Source: Acidimicrobiaceae bacterium (GTDB taxonomy: Bacteria; Actinomycetota; Acidimicrobiia; Actinomarinales; Actinomarinaceae). From it: a stretch of 64,000 nucleotides of DNA. The stretch is taken from NCBI GenBank assembly GCA_028404505.1, contig JAOOBM010000004.1:552-64551 (forward strand), written 5' to 3'. How positions within the stretch are numbered: the stretch's first letter is position 1; every line of letters starts with the position of its first letter. Positions 46,336-56,018 of this stretch are shown here, piece by piece. The position numbers and the translations under genes were made by a program. A model generated the notes under the pieces. The model had not been told where the DNA came from, ran no database searches, and worked only from the letters and a program-made list of their open reading frames with translations.

Positions 46336-47428
46336 TATCTAATTCACCTAAATTATCTAATATCATATTTAGTGCCCATAAACATAATAGTGTTCCATGT
46401 AAATCTGGAGTTTTTAAAGAATTTGTAATCTTAATTCCATAATAATGTGATTGTGACTTGTCCTGAAAGTATGAAAATCCACCTTCGTCTTTATATCTTA
46501 ATCTAATAATATCAACAAGAATTTCATTTAAAATTTTGTTTATTTCTTTCTTTTTATAATCAACTTGTTGTGAACATTTGTAAATTGTATAAACATAGTC
46601 AACTATGTCACATCCTTCAAGGATTGGACGATTTTGAATACAATAATCGATTAGTTTTTCAGGGTAATGGATTTCCTCTTCTAACCAATCAAGACCAGTA
46701 ATAACTTTCATTGCACCATTAATTATTTGTCTTGTTGTTGTTGGTTTTTTGTCAAAATAGGAACCTGTGTTTCTGTCAACTTTTTTATTAATAAAGTTCA
46801 CTAGATTTTCATTTATATCAAAATTTTGAGTTACAGAATAAACACAAAACGAAGAGTATTGGGCACCTGCATCCCAAGGAAAAGACCAATCAAGGCTATT
46901 AAGATAATATTCTAAATTTTCAAATTTCTCAAACTGATTTTCTACTAGATTTTTATTTGGTAGATTTACTTGATAAAGAGTTGAAATTGCTTGTTTTGTT
47001 TCTGCGTTTATAGTTTTCTTGAATTTTATTTCATTTGTCTCATATTTTTGCAGTTTCATAGGTGTGTATAAAATGTTTAAAAATGATTTAAGTGACTCCT
47101 TGAATAATAATTTCATATCAATATTCTCATAGCCTTCTTTTAAATATGGATCAATATATGAATTATTTGGTAATCCAGATTCATTTCTTTGAAATGAATT
47201 CAAATAATCTGCCCATTTACTTATTTCATTTAAATTTTTATTAGTATTTCCCAACATAAAATTTATTTTTAAAGCATAGCAACTAAACCCTAAAGATAAA
47301 TTTTTACCTTCTTCAGTTAACCCTTCTAATGCTGGGAAAAAAGAGAATTCACTATTAGGTTTTTTTAAATTGTTTAAAAAATAATGAATCCCGCTATAAA
47401 TATCTTCGATTTCTTTATTTAATTTCAT
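46310..47428 (-). CDS. hypothetical soluble protein, possible alpha/alpha-toroid fold
   Basis: 372 aa with no TM segment. DEGGFSYF...DLHGTLLCLWAL and AGAQYSSFCVY resemble the repeat signatures of prenyltransferase/terpene-cyclase-like or glycoside-hydrolase-like alpha/alpha barrels. No confident family. Confidence 0.3.
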   Translation of the reverse strand: MKLNKEIEDIYSGIHYFLNNLKKPNSEFSFFPALEGLTEEGKNLSLGFSCYALKINFMLGNTNKNLNEISKWADYLNSFQRNESGLPNNSYIDPYLKEGYENIDMKLLFKESLKSFLNILYTPMKLQKYETNEIKFKKTINAETKQAISTLYQVNLPNKNLVENQFEKFENLEYYLNSLDWSFPWDAGAQYSSFCVYSVTQNFDINENLVNFINKKVDRNTGSYFDKKPTTTRQIINGAMKVITGLDWLEEEIHYPEKLIDYCIQNRPILEGCDIVDYVYTIYKCSQQVDYKKKEINKILNEILVDIIRLRYKDEGGFSYFQDKSQSHYYGIKITNSLKTPDLHGTLLCLWALNMILDNLGELDNEKQIIKP

Positions 47429-48549
47429 TTCTTAACTTTATTTTTTATTATATTTTTAAATTTTGATAAAATATCTCGCCTCATAAATTTATTTAGTTTG
47501 TTTCTGAATAAAAACAAATAAGATATAACACCTAGATTGTTTGATGGTTTATCGTTCTTATGTTTTACTAAATTCGAAAATATAGTAAAAAATTCTTCAC
47601 ACATTTTTTCTGAATTAAATGGGTAATCTTTCATTTTTTCTTTGTAAATATCAAAATCATCAATAATAAGTTTTAATTTTTCCTCGAAGTTTTCATTAAA
47701 TCCAACTCCGAAACCATAACAATATTCTGGTATTCCCCCACTTTCTAAATACAAAATAGGCAAACCACATTGAGCTGCTTCTATATGGTGATTTCCTGAG
47801 GGTTCGTTGATTGAAGCCGTAATGTATATGTGATGTTTTTTCAGCTCTTCAGCTAACTCTTTACCTGCTAACGGTGGAATTATTGTTGTATTGTTTAATT
47901 TATAATCTTCTGAGGTATTGCCAATATAGGTAAATTCAATAAGATTTTTCCATGAATTTTGTATTAGCATTTCATCTAATTTTTTATATATTTTAAATCC
48001 TTTATTTTCGTGAGAACTCCAATGATGGGTGACGATTTTTACTTTTTTATTTTTATCAAAAATATTAGAATTTTCGTCATTAAAAATATCTACATTGCTT
48101 CCTGCAAGTACGACTGAAGTTTTGCTTTTTTTCATTCCAATATTCAAATACAAATCTCTCAACCAGGAACTAACGAATATTACGTGATCTGCTGTATCAC
48201 TAGCTTCAAGATATATTTGATTGGTACCTTTTGTATTTTTTCTTTCATCACACTCATTAATTCTTTGTACAACAGCGACATCTTTGTTTATATATTTTTT
48301 ATAACTCTGAATATCCTGATGATTGAAAGTAGATGAAGATTCTTTTCTGCTCCTTGGATCGGTTAAAAGAATAAGGTCTATATCTTTATCTCCTAAATCA
48401 TATATAACTTCGTGGCCATTTGATAACAGAAAATTACTTAAATTCTTAACAAAAAGATTACCTCCCCCCCAAGGTCCATTTACAATTTTGGATCCAATAC
48501 TAACTTTCATGAAGATACTCAAACATTTCTCTAAATTTTTCCATTCCAC
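47425..48549 (-). CDS. GT4-like (GT-B) glycosyltransferase
   Basis: 374 aa with NEPSGNHHIEAAQCGLPILYLESGGIPEY. The likely true start is M14 (48510, MKVSIGSKIV...), leaving an 11-nt overlap with the upstream gene. Confidence 0.7.
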   Translation of the reverse strand: MEWKNLEKCLSIFMKVSIGSKIVNGPWGGGNLFVKNLSNFLLSNGHEVIYDLGDKDIDLILLTDPRSRKESSSTFNHQDIQSYKKYINKDVAVVQRINECDERKNTKGTNQIYLEASDTADHVIFVSSWLRDLYLNIGMKKSKTSVVLAGSNVDIFNDENSNIFDKNKKVKIVTHHWSSHENKGFKIYKKLDEMLIQNSWKNLIEFTYIGNTSEDYKLNNTTIIPPLAGKELAEELKKHHIYITASINEPSGNHHIEAAQCGLPILYLESGGIPEYCYGFGVGFNENFEEKLKLIIDDFDIYKEKMKDYPFNSEKMCEEFFTIFSNLVKHKNDKPSNNLGVISYLFLFRNKLNKFMRRDILSKFKNIIKNKVKK

Positions 48550-49435
48550 TAGGTATTTTAAATTCTATGCTCTTTTTATATGCATATTCAACCATTGGTT
48601 TTGCATTTTCAAAATTCTCAAGTGTATATATTGAGTCACTATGAAGAATCTCGCTAGCTACTCCTACATCAGTTGAGATAATAGGCGTTTTTGTAGTTGC
48701 ACATTCAATTATTGCTTGAGGACCACCCTCTAATCTTGAAGATACTATGTACAAATCTAAAATATTGTAAAGCTCATTTAATGTATTAATGTTTACCATT
48801 TCGTAATATTTATAACTTATTCCTAGCTTTTCGAGATTGCTGATAATATATTGCCTTCTAGTTCCGGCAAGTAATACTTTTAAATTTTTTGACTCATTTA
48901 AATTTTGAACTACCTCTAAAAATATATCCGGACCTTTAATTAGCTTTGGGCTTACTAAATCACTTCCTTCGGTATCCCTTTGAAAACTTCCTACTATGAA
49001 GTCATTTTCTATATAATCATACTTTTTTCGTAAAGCTGATTTCTCTTCAATATAGAAGAGGTTTTCTTGATTAATCCAAAATGGAATTGAAAAAACTTCT
49101 TTGTTAGTTAATTGTTCCAATTGTTCCTTAGTTTTTTTAGAAATAACATGATAAAAATCTACGTATTGATCCATCTTTTTAAAATTTTGTTCTTCTTTTT
49201 TATCAAACTTATCAAAATCAATATGGTAAATGGATGCAACTACCTTATTTTTTTTTAAATATTTTTTTGGAATTTTTTCCCATGTCCAATTTGAAATAAT
49301 CCAAACTATGTTCGATTCTTTTATTTTATCAGTGGATATATCTTTATTATTTTCTTTCCATTCAGAAATTACTCTATCTATAATCCAGGATTCATTTATT
49401 TGATTAGTATAAATTTTCATAACAATTAAATTCAA
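48500..49435 (-). CDS. GT-B-fold glycosyltransferase (GT4-like C-terminal domain)
   Basis: 311 aa with SRLEGGPQAIIECATTKTPIISTDVGVASEIL. Confidence 0.6.
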   Translation of the reverse strand: MNLIVMKIYTNQINESWIIDRVISEWKENNKDISTDKIKESNIVWIISNWTWEKIPKKYLKKNKVVASIYHIDFDKFDKKEEQNFKKMDQYVDFYHVISKKTKEQLEQLTNKEVFSIPFWINQENLFYIEEKSALRKKYDYIENDFIVGSFQRDTEGSDLVSPKLIKGPDIFLEVVQNLNESKNLKVLLAGTRRQYIISNLEKLGISYKYYEMVNINTLNELYNILDLYIVSSRLEGGPQAIIECATTKTPIISTDVGVASEILHSDSIYTLENFENAKPMVEYAYKKSIEFKIPSGMEKFREMFEYLHES

Positions 49436-49474
49436 CTATAAAATAATGATATATATCCATTTAAACTAGCTTAT

Positions 49475-50449
49475 ATGGAAAATATTCTTATTACTGGAAT
49501 AACTGGACAAGATGGAATTTTTTTAACAAAAAATTTATTAGAACAAAATCAAGACTGTGTCATACATGGAACTTCTAGGAATAAAGATATTAGCTCTTTT
49601 CAAAAAAATCTATCGAGCCTAGGTGTTACTAATTTTGACAACATTAAAATTTATAACTTAAATTTAGAAGAAAAACAAAAAGTTGAAAATTTGATAACTA
49701 GTGTAAGCCCCGATATAGTTTTTAATTTAGCAGGACCTAGTTCTGTATATGAGTCATTTTCTAATCCTAAAAAAACTATTGATCTTATAACAAATATTTT
49801 CAATAATTTAACTGGAGCCCTTATATCCCAAAATATATTTTGTAATTTTTTCCAAGCTTCATCCTCAGAAATGTTTAACTCTAAAGTTAATGAAATAATT
49901 AATGAAGATAGCCCTATCAAATCTAATTCACCTTATGCAGAGGCAAAAATAATAAACCACAATAAGGCTAAAAATTTAATAAAAACATATGACTGGAATA
50001 TTACTTCTGGAATTATGTTTAATCATGAATCGGAGTTTAGAGATGCTGGTTATCTTACTTCAAAAATCATTAAAAATGTATATGAAATATACAACAAAAG
50101 GGAGCAGAAGATAGTTGTTGGGAGTTTAGATTATGTTAGAGATTGGAGCTTTGCTGGAGACATAATGAATGGTGCTTTGTTACTTTCGCTGAATGACGCT
50201 AGGGGCTCTTACATTATGGGTTCAGGAATTGGTACAAGTATAAAAGAATTAATTCAAATTGTTTTTAATTATTTTGATTTAAATTGGGAAAAATACACGG
50301 ATGTTGATGAATCACTTTTAAGAAAGGGTGATCCAAAAATAAAAATTTCTGATCCAACAAAAATATCCAATGAGTTTGGGTGGAAAACAGAGTTATCATT
50401 TGAAGACTTAATTATCAGATGTATTGAAAAAAAGATAAATATTAATTAA
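49475..50449 (+). CDS. Gmd-family SDR paralogue (GDP-sugar dehydratase or 4-reductase, Rmd-like)
   Basis: 324 aa with ILITGITGQDGIFLTKNLLEQ, FQASSSEMF, SPYAEAK, GIMFNHESEFR and GSLDYVRDWSFAGD. Same motif order as Gmd but divergent and shorter. Confidence 0.65.
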   Translation: MENILITGITGQDGIFLTKNLLEQNQDCVIHGTSRNKDISSFQKNLSSLGVTNFDNIKIYNLNLEEKQKVENLITSVSPDIVFNLAGPSSVYESFSNPKKTIDLITNIFNNLTGALISQNIFCNFFQASSSEMFNSKVNEIINEDSPIKSNSPYAEAKIINHNKAKNLIKTYDWNITSGIMFNHESEFRDAGYLTSKIIKNVYEIYNKREQKIVVGSLDYVRDWSFAGDIMNGALLLSLNDARGSYIMGSGIGTSIKELIQIVFNYFDLNWEKYTDVDESLLRKGDPKIKISDPTKISNEFGWKTELSFEDLIIRCIEKKININ

Positions 50450-51185
50450 AAATCCTGTTTGGAGTAATATTTCCTCTTGCACACTTAAAGTAATAATCTT
50501 GTGCTTCTTTATTTTTTTCACTTATATTATTTTCCATATTCAACTCATATAAAACTTTGTTGATAATTGAAATACTATAGCCCGCTTTGTAACAATCTTT
50601 ATATAATTTGTAATCTTGAGAAAAATAAAAATTTTCATCATACCCTCCTATGTTTTCAATTACTGATCTCTCCATCATAAGAGTCCCATGAATGAAAGGG
50701 TTTTTATACTTCATAACAAACCTATTAGGTAAAAGGTATGAATATCTTGGTATTTTCTTGTTTGAATTTTTAATTATTGCTCTGGCAGTAACAATTTTTA
50801 CTTTAGTTTTCTTAATATATTCCAGTTGGTAACTAAATCTATTAGGTAAACTTATGTCATCGGCGTCCTGTCTTCCAATAAAACTTCCTTTTGCAACTTT
50901 TAAAAGTTTATTTAAAGACCTGGTTAGTCCAATATTTTCATTATTTTTATATATTTTTATTCTGTTATCCTCAGAAGCACACTCTTCAATAATTTTATGT
51001 GTTTGATCAGTTGAGCAGTCATCAATAATTAATAATTCAAAATTTGAATAATTTTGTTTGAGTATGCTTTTTATACTATTTCTAATAGTTTTTTCAGAGT
51101 TATAAGAAGACAGTAAGATGGAGATTAAATCGTTACTAGTTTTCATAAATAACCTGATCGAATTCCTCGATAATATTATTTTCAT
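50442..51185 (-). CDS. GT2-family glycosyltransferase
   Basis: 247 aa with ISILLSSYNSEKTIRNSIKSIL, LLIIDDCSTDQT and RQDADDIS. Likely start M14 (51146). Confidence 0.8.
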   Translation of the reverse strand: MKIILSRNSIRLFMKTSNDLISILLSSYNSEKTIRNSIKSILKQNYSNFELLIIDDCSTDQTHKIIEECASEDNRIKIYKNNENIGLTRSLNKLLKVAKGSFIGRQDADDISLPNRFSYQLEYIKKTKVKIVTARAIIKNSNKKIPRYSYLLPNRFVMKYKNPFIHGTLMMERSVIENIGGYDENFYFSQDYKLYKDCYKAGYSISIINKVLYELNMENNISEKNKEAQDYYFKCARGNITPNRIFN

Positions 51186-52278
51186 CTAGCTTAGATAAGA
51201 TAAATTCTTTGGCTTTTTTTGAATTCTTTTCTCGTAAGAGATCATCGTTTAAAAGATTTAGCTTATTAATTAAATCTTTGTAGTTGAATTGATCAAAAAC
51301 AAATTCATAATCTTTTGGAAGAAACTCTGTAATCCCTCCTGAATTTGGGAAAAGTGAAGCTTTACCACATAACGAAGCCTCACAAAGTAAAGTTGGCTGG
51401 CCCTCATAAAGTTTTGTAGCAGATAAAACTCCTTTTGACTTTTTAATTAACTTAATTGTTTCCATGTTTGAAGTTTGTCCCAAAAATTCTACATTTTGTT
51501 CATTATATTTCTCCTTTATCTCTTTTAGATGAGGTCCGTCGCCCACTATTTTTAAAATATTACTTTTTAAATTAGAATCGAGAAAAGAATCGATTAATGT
51601 GTTGAGCCCTTTTTCTTTTGAGATCCTACCTGCATATATAAAATAATTTTCTTCTAATTCCTCATTAACATTTTTATTTAAAAAGTTTGGAATTACCAAA
51701 ACATTTTTTTTGCGAGAATAATTTTCTTCAAGAAACTTTTTATGGAAATTAGTTAATACTGCCAAATAAATATTTGTATCTTTAATTATTTTTAAATACT
51801 TCTTTCCGAAAAATATAGCATAAACCGATTTAATCAAAGATTCTCTATAGTACTTGTTAAATAATTTACTTTCTGATTTATTGAATCCACATGCAGGACA
51901 AAAATCTTTATTTTCTAAGTGAACTTTAGCTCTAAAACTTTTTGTACAATGATATCTAAAGTTATGTAACTTTATTAATGTTTTGATATTTTTTTTTCGA
52001 AGCTTTTTAAAAATACCTAGAGAAACTTTAAACCAATTATTATGAAAATATACTATGTCAGGCTGAAATTCATCAATAATATTTAAAATTTTTTTATTAG
52101 AAGTTCTATTGTTTAATGTAAAAAAAGAAATAAGATCATTAAAACTTTTTATTCTATTTTCAAAAAAAATTGATTTAACTTGATATTTTTTTTCTAAAAG
52201 TTTTAGTTCATTTTTTACTGCAATATCTTCTCCGCCTTGAAGTCTATAATTATTATGAACTAACAAAATTTTTTTCAT
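51136..52278 (-). CDS. GT4-family glycosyltransferase
   Basis: 380 aa with KILLVHNNYRLQGGEDI, AGRISKEKG and LYEGQPTLLCEASLCGKASLFPNSGGITEF. Confidence 0.8.
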   Translation of the reverse strand: MKKILLVHNNYRLQGGEDIAVKNELKLLEKKYQVKSIFFENRIKSFNDLISFFTLNNRTSNKKILNIIDEFQPDIVYFHNNWFKVSLGIFKKLRKKNIKTLIKLHNFRYHCTKSFRAKVHLENKDFCPACGFNKSESKLFNKYYRESLIKSVYAIFFGKKYLKIIKDTNIYLAVLTNFHKKFLEENYSRKKNVLVIPNFLNKNVNEELEENYFIYAGRISKEKGLNTLIDSFLDSNLKSNILKIVGDGPHLKEIKEKYNEQNVEFLGQTSNMETIKLIKKSKGVLSATKLYEGQPTLLCEASLCGKASLFPNSGGITEFLPKDYEFVFDQFNYKDLINKLNLLNDDLLREKNSKKAKEFILSKLDENNIIEEFDQVIYEN

Positions 52279-53897
52279 TTTAGGTTTTTAAAAGAAATTT
52301 TTCTTTTCTCGTTTTTTACATTTATTTTTAAAATACCATCAGCATTTGGAAATTTTGATTGATCGTGTGTTGAGTTAATTATTGTTACATTTTTTTTGTT
52401 TAAAAGTTCAAATATTTTTTTGCTAGATGCATCATCTAAATTTGCAGTAGATTCATCAAGTAATAAAATTTCAATATTAGATAATAATGCTCTGATGAAT
52501 GCAATTTTTTGCATTTGACCTGAGGACAGAGTTTTATTTGTTATTTCTCTTTTTAAATCATAACTTTTTTCCTCTTTAAAAGTATCCAAGTCTTTAAGAT
52601 ACTTAATTACTAAATCTTCATCTAATTTGATATCATTTCCATATTCAATATTAGAAATAAGCGAACCATCAAAAATCAGAGGATTAGGTCCTATAAATCC
52701 AAACTTTTCAGAAAACACTTCTACTTTTCCCTTTGATGGAAAATAAATACCTGAAATTAATCCAAGTAAAGTACTCTTACCAGAACCATTAGGACCCATA
52801 ATCAATGTATGAGAATTCTTTATAATTTCTAAATTTATATTTTCAAAAATCGACTCTTCTGAATTAAAATATGTAAACGTTACATTTTCTAATTTAATTT
52901 TTTCTGAATTTTCAAATACTTTAAAGTTGCTACTAAACATTATATTTTTGTTATTTTCCATTTCATAAAATTTCTCAATATGAACATGTGAATTTATGAT
53001 TTGATTTAGTGCTGTTGAAAGAGTACTGACGGATTGAAAAAGCCTTAGAGCAACTCCTATGAAATCTATAGTTAAGAATTTTACAAATCTACTAAAGCTT
53101 GCAACGATGGCTAAAGAAAATAATGTAAAAAAACCAGGTAAAAATGAATTCAAAATATTATATCTGAAGTTCTTCAAATCGTTTTCGAAAAATTTTTGCA
53201 AAGTGAAACTAAAATTACTTATCTCTTGTTTTTCTTTTTTAAGAATTTTTATTAAGAATAAATTGTCGACTACTCTTTGTATCTCCTTGTTTGAAGTTTG
53301 ACCTGCTTCATATACCTCATGCATTGCAGATCTAGCTTTAAGAAGAAGCTGTTTAGCTGGATAATATAGAATTAATACTCCCACTAACAAAACGAGAACA
53401 GAGCGCGAATCAGAGATAATTAGATAAGCCAGGTAAACGACAATCTGCAAAAAACTGTTTAAAAAATTTGCAAAACTTGAGTAAAAAAAAGATATATGTG
53501 TTGTCAAAATATTTAAGTAGAAATAAGAATCTGCAGTCGAATAGTTTTTTTGTTCCAGTAATTCACCTAAAATATGAATTTTTAAATTTTTATTTACATT
53601 TATTTCTATATTTTTTAAAATCATTTTTTGTAAATATTGAAATACAAATCGAAAAATAACTAGTAGAGGAAGTAAGTAAATATTATTGACAAATAATTCA
53701 ATTAAATCATTTAATAATTTAATACCAGTATATTGGTCTACTATTATTGCTGAAAATATTACTATTATTCCAATATCTGTGTATGCAGCTACTTGAGTTA
53801 AGATTACCGAAGCAAAAATAAGAAGCTTCTTGTTTTGGGTTTTCGATATCTTTGAAACGTATAAAATATCCCTAAGTATATTTCTAAAATTTGACAT
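52275..53897 (-). CDS. ABC exporter, fused permease + ATPase (MsbA/PglK-like half-transporter)
   Basis: 540 aa with an N-terminal region of about 6 TM segments, Walker A GPNGSGKST, signature LSSGQMQK and Walker B LLLDESTANLD. Confidence 0.85.
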   Translation of the reverse strand: MSNFRNILRDILYVSKISKTQNKKLLIFASVILTQVAAYTDIGIIVIFSAIIVDQYTGIKLLNDLIELFVNNIYLLPLLVIFRFVFQYLQKMILKNIEINVNKNLKIHILGELLEQKNYSTADSYFYLNILTTHISFFYSSFANFLNSFLQIVVYLAYLIISDSRSVLVLLVGVLILYYPAKQLLLKARSAMHEVYEAGQTSNKEIQRVVDNLFLIKILKKEKQEISNFSFTLQKFFENDLKNFRYNILNSFLPGFFTLFSLAIVASFSRFVKFLTIDFIGVALRLFQSVSTLSTALNQIINSHVHIEKFYEMENNKNIMFSSNFKVFENSEKIKLENVTFTYFNSEESIFENINLEIIKNSHTLIMGPNGSGKSTLLGLISGIYFPSKGKVEVFSEKFGFIGPNPLIFDGSLISNIEYGNDIKLDEDLVIKYLKDLDTFKEEKSYDLKREITNKTLSSGQMQKIAFIRALLSNIEILLLDESTANLDDASSKKIFELLNKKNVTIINSTHDQSKFPNADGILKINVKNEKRKISFKNLK

Positions 53898-54013
53898 TCA
53901 TTAGCTATTATAAATTTCATTGAATTCTTAATGGTGAATTAATTAATAAAGTAGAGTTAAATATTTTTATTAATTTTCTTAAGAAAGATATTCTTTATTA
54001 CTATACATAAATA

Positions 54014-54898
54014 GTGGTAGTAAATAATATTAAAAACAAAATAAGAATTCTAACGATTGATAGATACCCGAATTTATTTAGACCTTCAAGTTATCCTTTT
54101 TTATCGGGAGACTCACTTCGAAAAATAGCTGATTTTATATTTGATGAATCAACATCTTTTAATCCAGAAAAAGTCCAAAAAAATGATATTGTCTTTTTAA
54201 AAACTGACCTCTTGGAGATCTTTTTTACTTTCTATCATCCTTACATAAATGAAAAATATATTCTTATTACACATAACTCTGATAAATCTCTTAACGAGGA
54301 AGATCTAAATTATTTTGATAATAAAATAATTCACTGGTTTGCAGCTAAGCTGAATGCACCATCAACAAGCAGAATAACTGCAGTTTCCTACGGATTAGAA
54401 AATAGGAGATATTTAAAAAACGGAAGGACAGGTCTTTACAAAAAAATAATCAAAAACACAAAAAATAATCAAAAACTTGAAAGAGTTCTTTGTTCATTTA
54501 ATCCTTCTACAAATCCTACACAAAGGGAGCCTTTACTTGAAATTGCAAAATCTAGAAAAAATTTTATTGATATTAATAATTTTTCAAAAAGTAAAGACTA
54601 TCTTCAGACATTGTCAACATATTTATTTAATCTGTGTCCTGAAGGTAACAATTTTGAATCTCACAGGATTTGGGAAAGTTTATTATTTAATTGCACACCA
54701 ATTGTTGAAAAAAATAATGTAAATGATAATTTTTACAATATGGGTGTTCCACTTATTATGCTTGATAAATGGAAAGATCTTGAATCATTAGAGATTAAAG
54801 ACTTAAATTCATTGAACCAACATAACAAAAATAAAAATTATGAAACATTTAGCAGCTTAAATTTTTGGATTGATCAAATTAATAATGCAAAACGATAA
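54014..54898 (+). CDS. exostosin-like (GT47-type motif) putative glycosyltransferase
   Basis: 294 aa, GTG start. YLFNLCPEGNNFESHRIWESLLFNCTPIV follows the F-C-L-x-P-x-G...R-x-x-E-x-x-x-x-G-C-I-P-V pattern of exostosin-family C-terminal domains. Confidence 0.4.
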   Translation: MVVNNIKNKIRILTIDRYPNLFRPSSYPFLSGDSLRKIADFIFDESTSFNPEKVQKNDIVFLKTDLLEIFFTFYHPYINEKYILITHNSDKSLNEEDLNYFDNKIIHWFAAKLNAPSTSRITAVSYGLENRRYLKNGRTGLYKKIIKNTKNNQKLERVLCSFNPSTNPTQREPLLEIAKSRKNFIDINNFSKSKDYLQTLSTYLFNLCPEGNNFESHRIWESLLFNCTPIVEKNNVNDNFYNMGVPLIMLDKWKDLESLEIKDLNSLNQHNKNKNYETFSSLNFWIDQINNAKR

Positions 54899-55967
54899 AC
54901 AGATAGCCTATATTTTAGGTACTAAAGCACAATTTATTAAATCTAAATTCATTCTCAAATATTTAATTGACGAGGGTTATGAATTGACAGTTTTAGACAC
55001 GGGTCAACATAGACTGATTACAAAAAAAGAACTTGAATTGTTTAATAAAAAATATTCGTATTTTAACCTTATTGAAAACAATAAAAATATATCTTCTATT
55101 TCAGCAATGATAGTATGGTTTTTTAAAATCATTTTTTTTAAAAATGTGAGTTTTAAAAACAAGGATATAAAATATTGTCTTGTTCATGGTGATACTGTGA
55201 GTACACTACTTGGTTTAATCATTGCCAAAAGAAACAGATTAAATATTATTCACATAGAAGCAGGATATAGATCGAATAATTGGTTTAAACCATTTCCTGA
55301 GGAAATTATAAGATCAATTGTTTCTAAATATTCAAATATAGTTTCAGTAGATAATGAGCAATGCTTTAAAAACATAAGAAATAAAAAAGACAAAAAATTT
55401 ATTCGTTTACAAAAAAATACAATATATGACGCAGTGTTAAATAGTTTAGAAAAGGTAGTTTTGGATAAAAAAAATACACTTACTGTAACTGTGCATAGAA
55501 CAGAGAATATATATGATAAAAAGCAATTAAAAAAGTTTGTAGATTTACTTATTTCAATTTCAGATCTAAATCTATTTGAATCAATAAATTGGTATTGTCA
55601 TGATATTACTAAAAGTGCAATAGAAAAATATAATTATGAAAAAAAGTTAATCGAAAATAAAATAAATTTGAATGCTTTAATTCCTCACAGCGAATTTGTA
55701 AATGTATTAATAAATTCAAAATGTGTAATAACAGATGGAGGTTCGATTGCCGAAGAATGTTCAATAATGAACCAAAATACAATTATATGGAGAGACGTTA
55801 TTGAGAATTTTAATTATTTAAATGATCGTGTACTCCTGTCAAAATATAATAAAGAAAACATAATTAATTTTCTTAAAAATTTAGACACTTCATATCCAAA
55901 TCTAAATAATGATTACAGTCCATCAAAAGATTTTGTAAATCAATTAATGGAAATTGATAAAGCTTGA
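54870..55967 (+). CDS. divergent UDP-N-acetylglucosamine 2-epimerase-family protein
   Basis: 365 aa from TTG at 54870; the ATG at 54885 (MQNDKQIAYILGTK...) is the more likely start. LVHGDTVSTLLGLIIAKRNRLNIIHIEAGYRS and TDGGSIAEE match the Epimerase_2 family core. Confidence 0.6.
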   Translation: MIKLIMQNDKQIAYILGTKAQFIKSKFILKYLIDEGYELTVLDTGQHRLITKKELELFNKKYSYFNLIENNKNISSISAMIVWFFKIIFFKNVSFKNKDIKYCLVHGDTVSTLLGLIIAKRNRLNIIHIEAGYRSNNWFKPFPEEIIRSIVSKYSNIVSVDNEQCFKNIRNKKDKKFIRLQKNTIYDAVLNSLEKVVLDKKNTLTVTVHRTENIYDKKQLKKFVDLLISISDLNLFESINWYCHDITKSAIEKYNYEKKLIENKINLNALIPHSEFVNVLINSKCVITDGGSIAEECSIMNQNTIIWRDVIENFNYLNDRVLLSKYNKENIINFLKNLDTSYPNLNNDYSPSKDFVNQLMEIDKA

Positions 55968-56018
55968 TAGTTAAAAATGTACATTTAACCTTTTTATCTT
56001 TTTGATTTAAAATACAGT

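Noticed and set aside
42917-54013. AT-rich divergent intergenic regions (42917-43027, 53898-54013, 39907-39984, 15820-15863) containing short direct repeats or palindromes (TTAAATGT x2, TCTTAAGA, TTAAGCTTAA).
   Set aside because: These elements are 8-10 bp long and of very low complexity, so they are expected by chance at this base composition. No consistent motif is shared between the regions, so no promoter or operator call is made.
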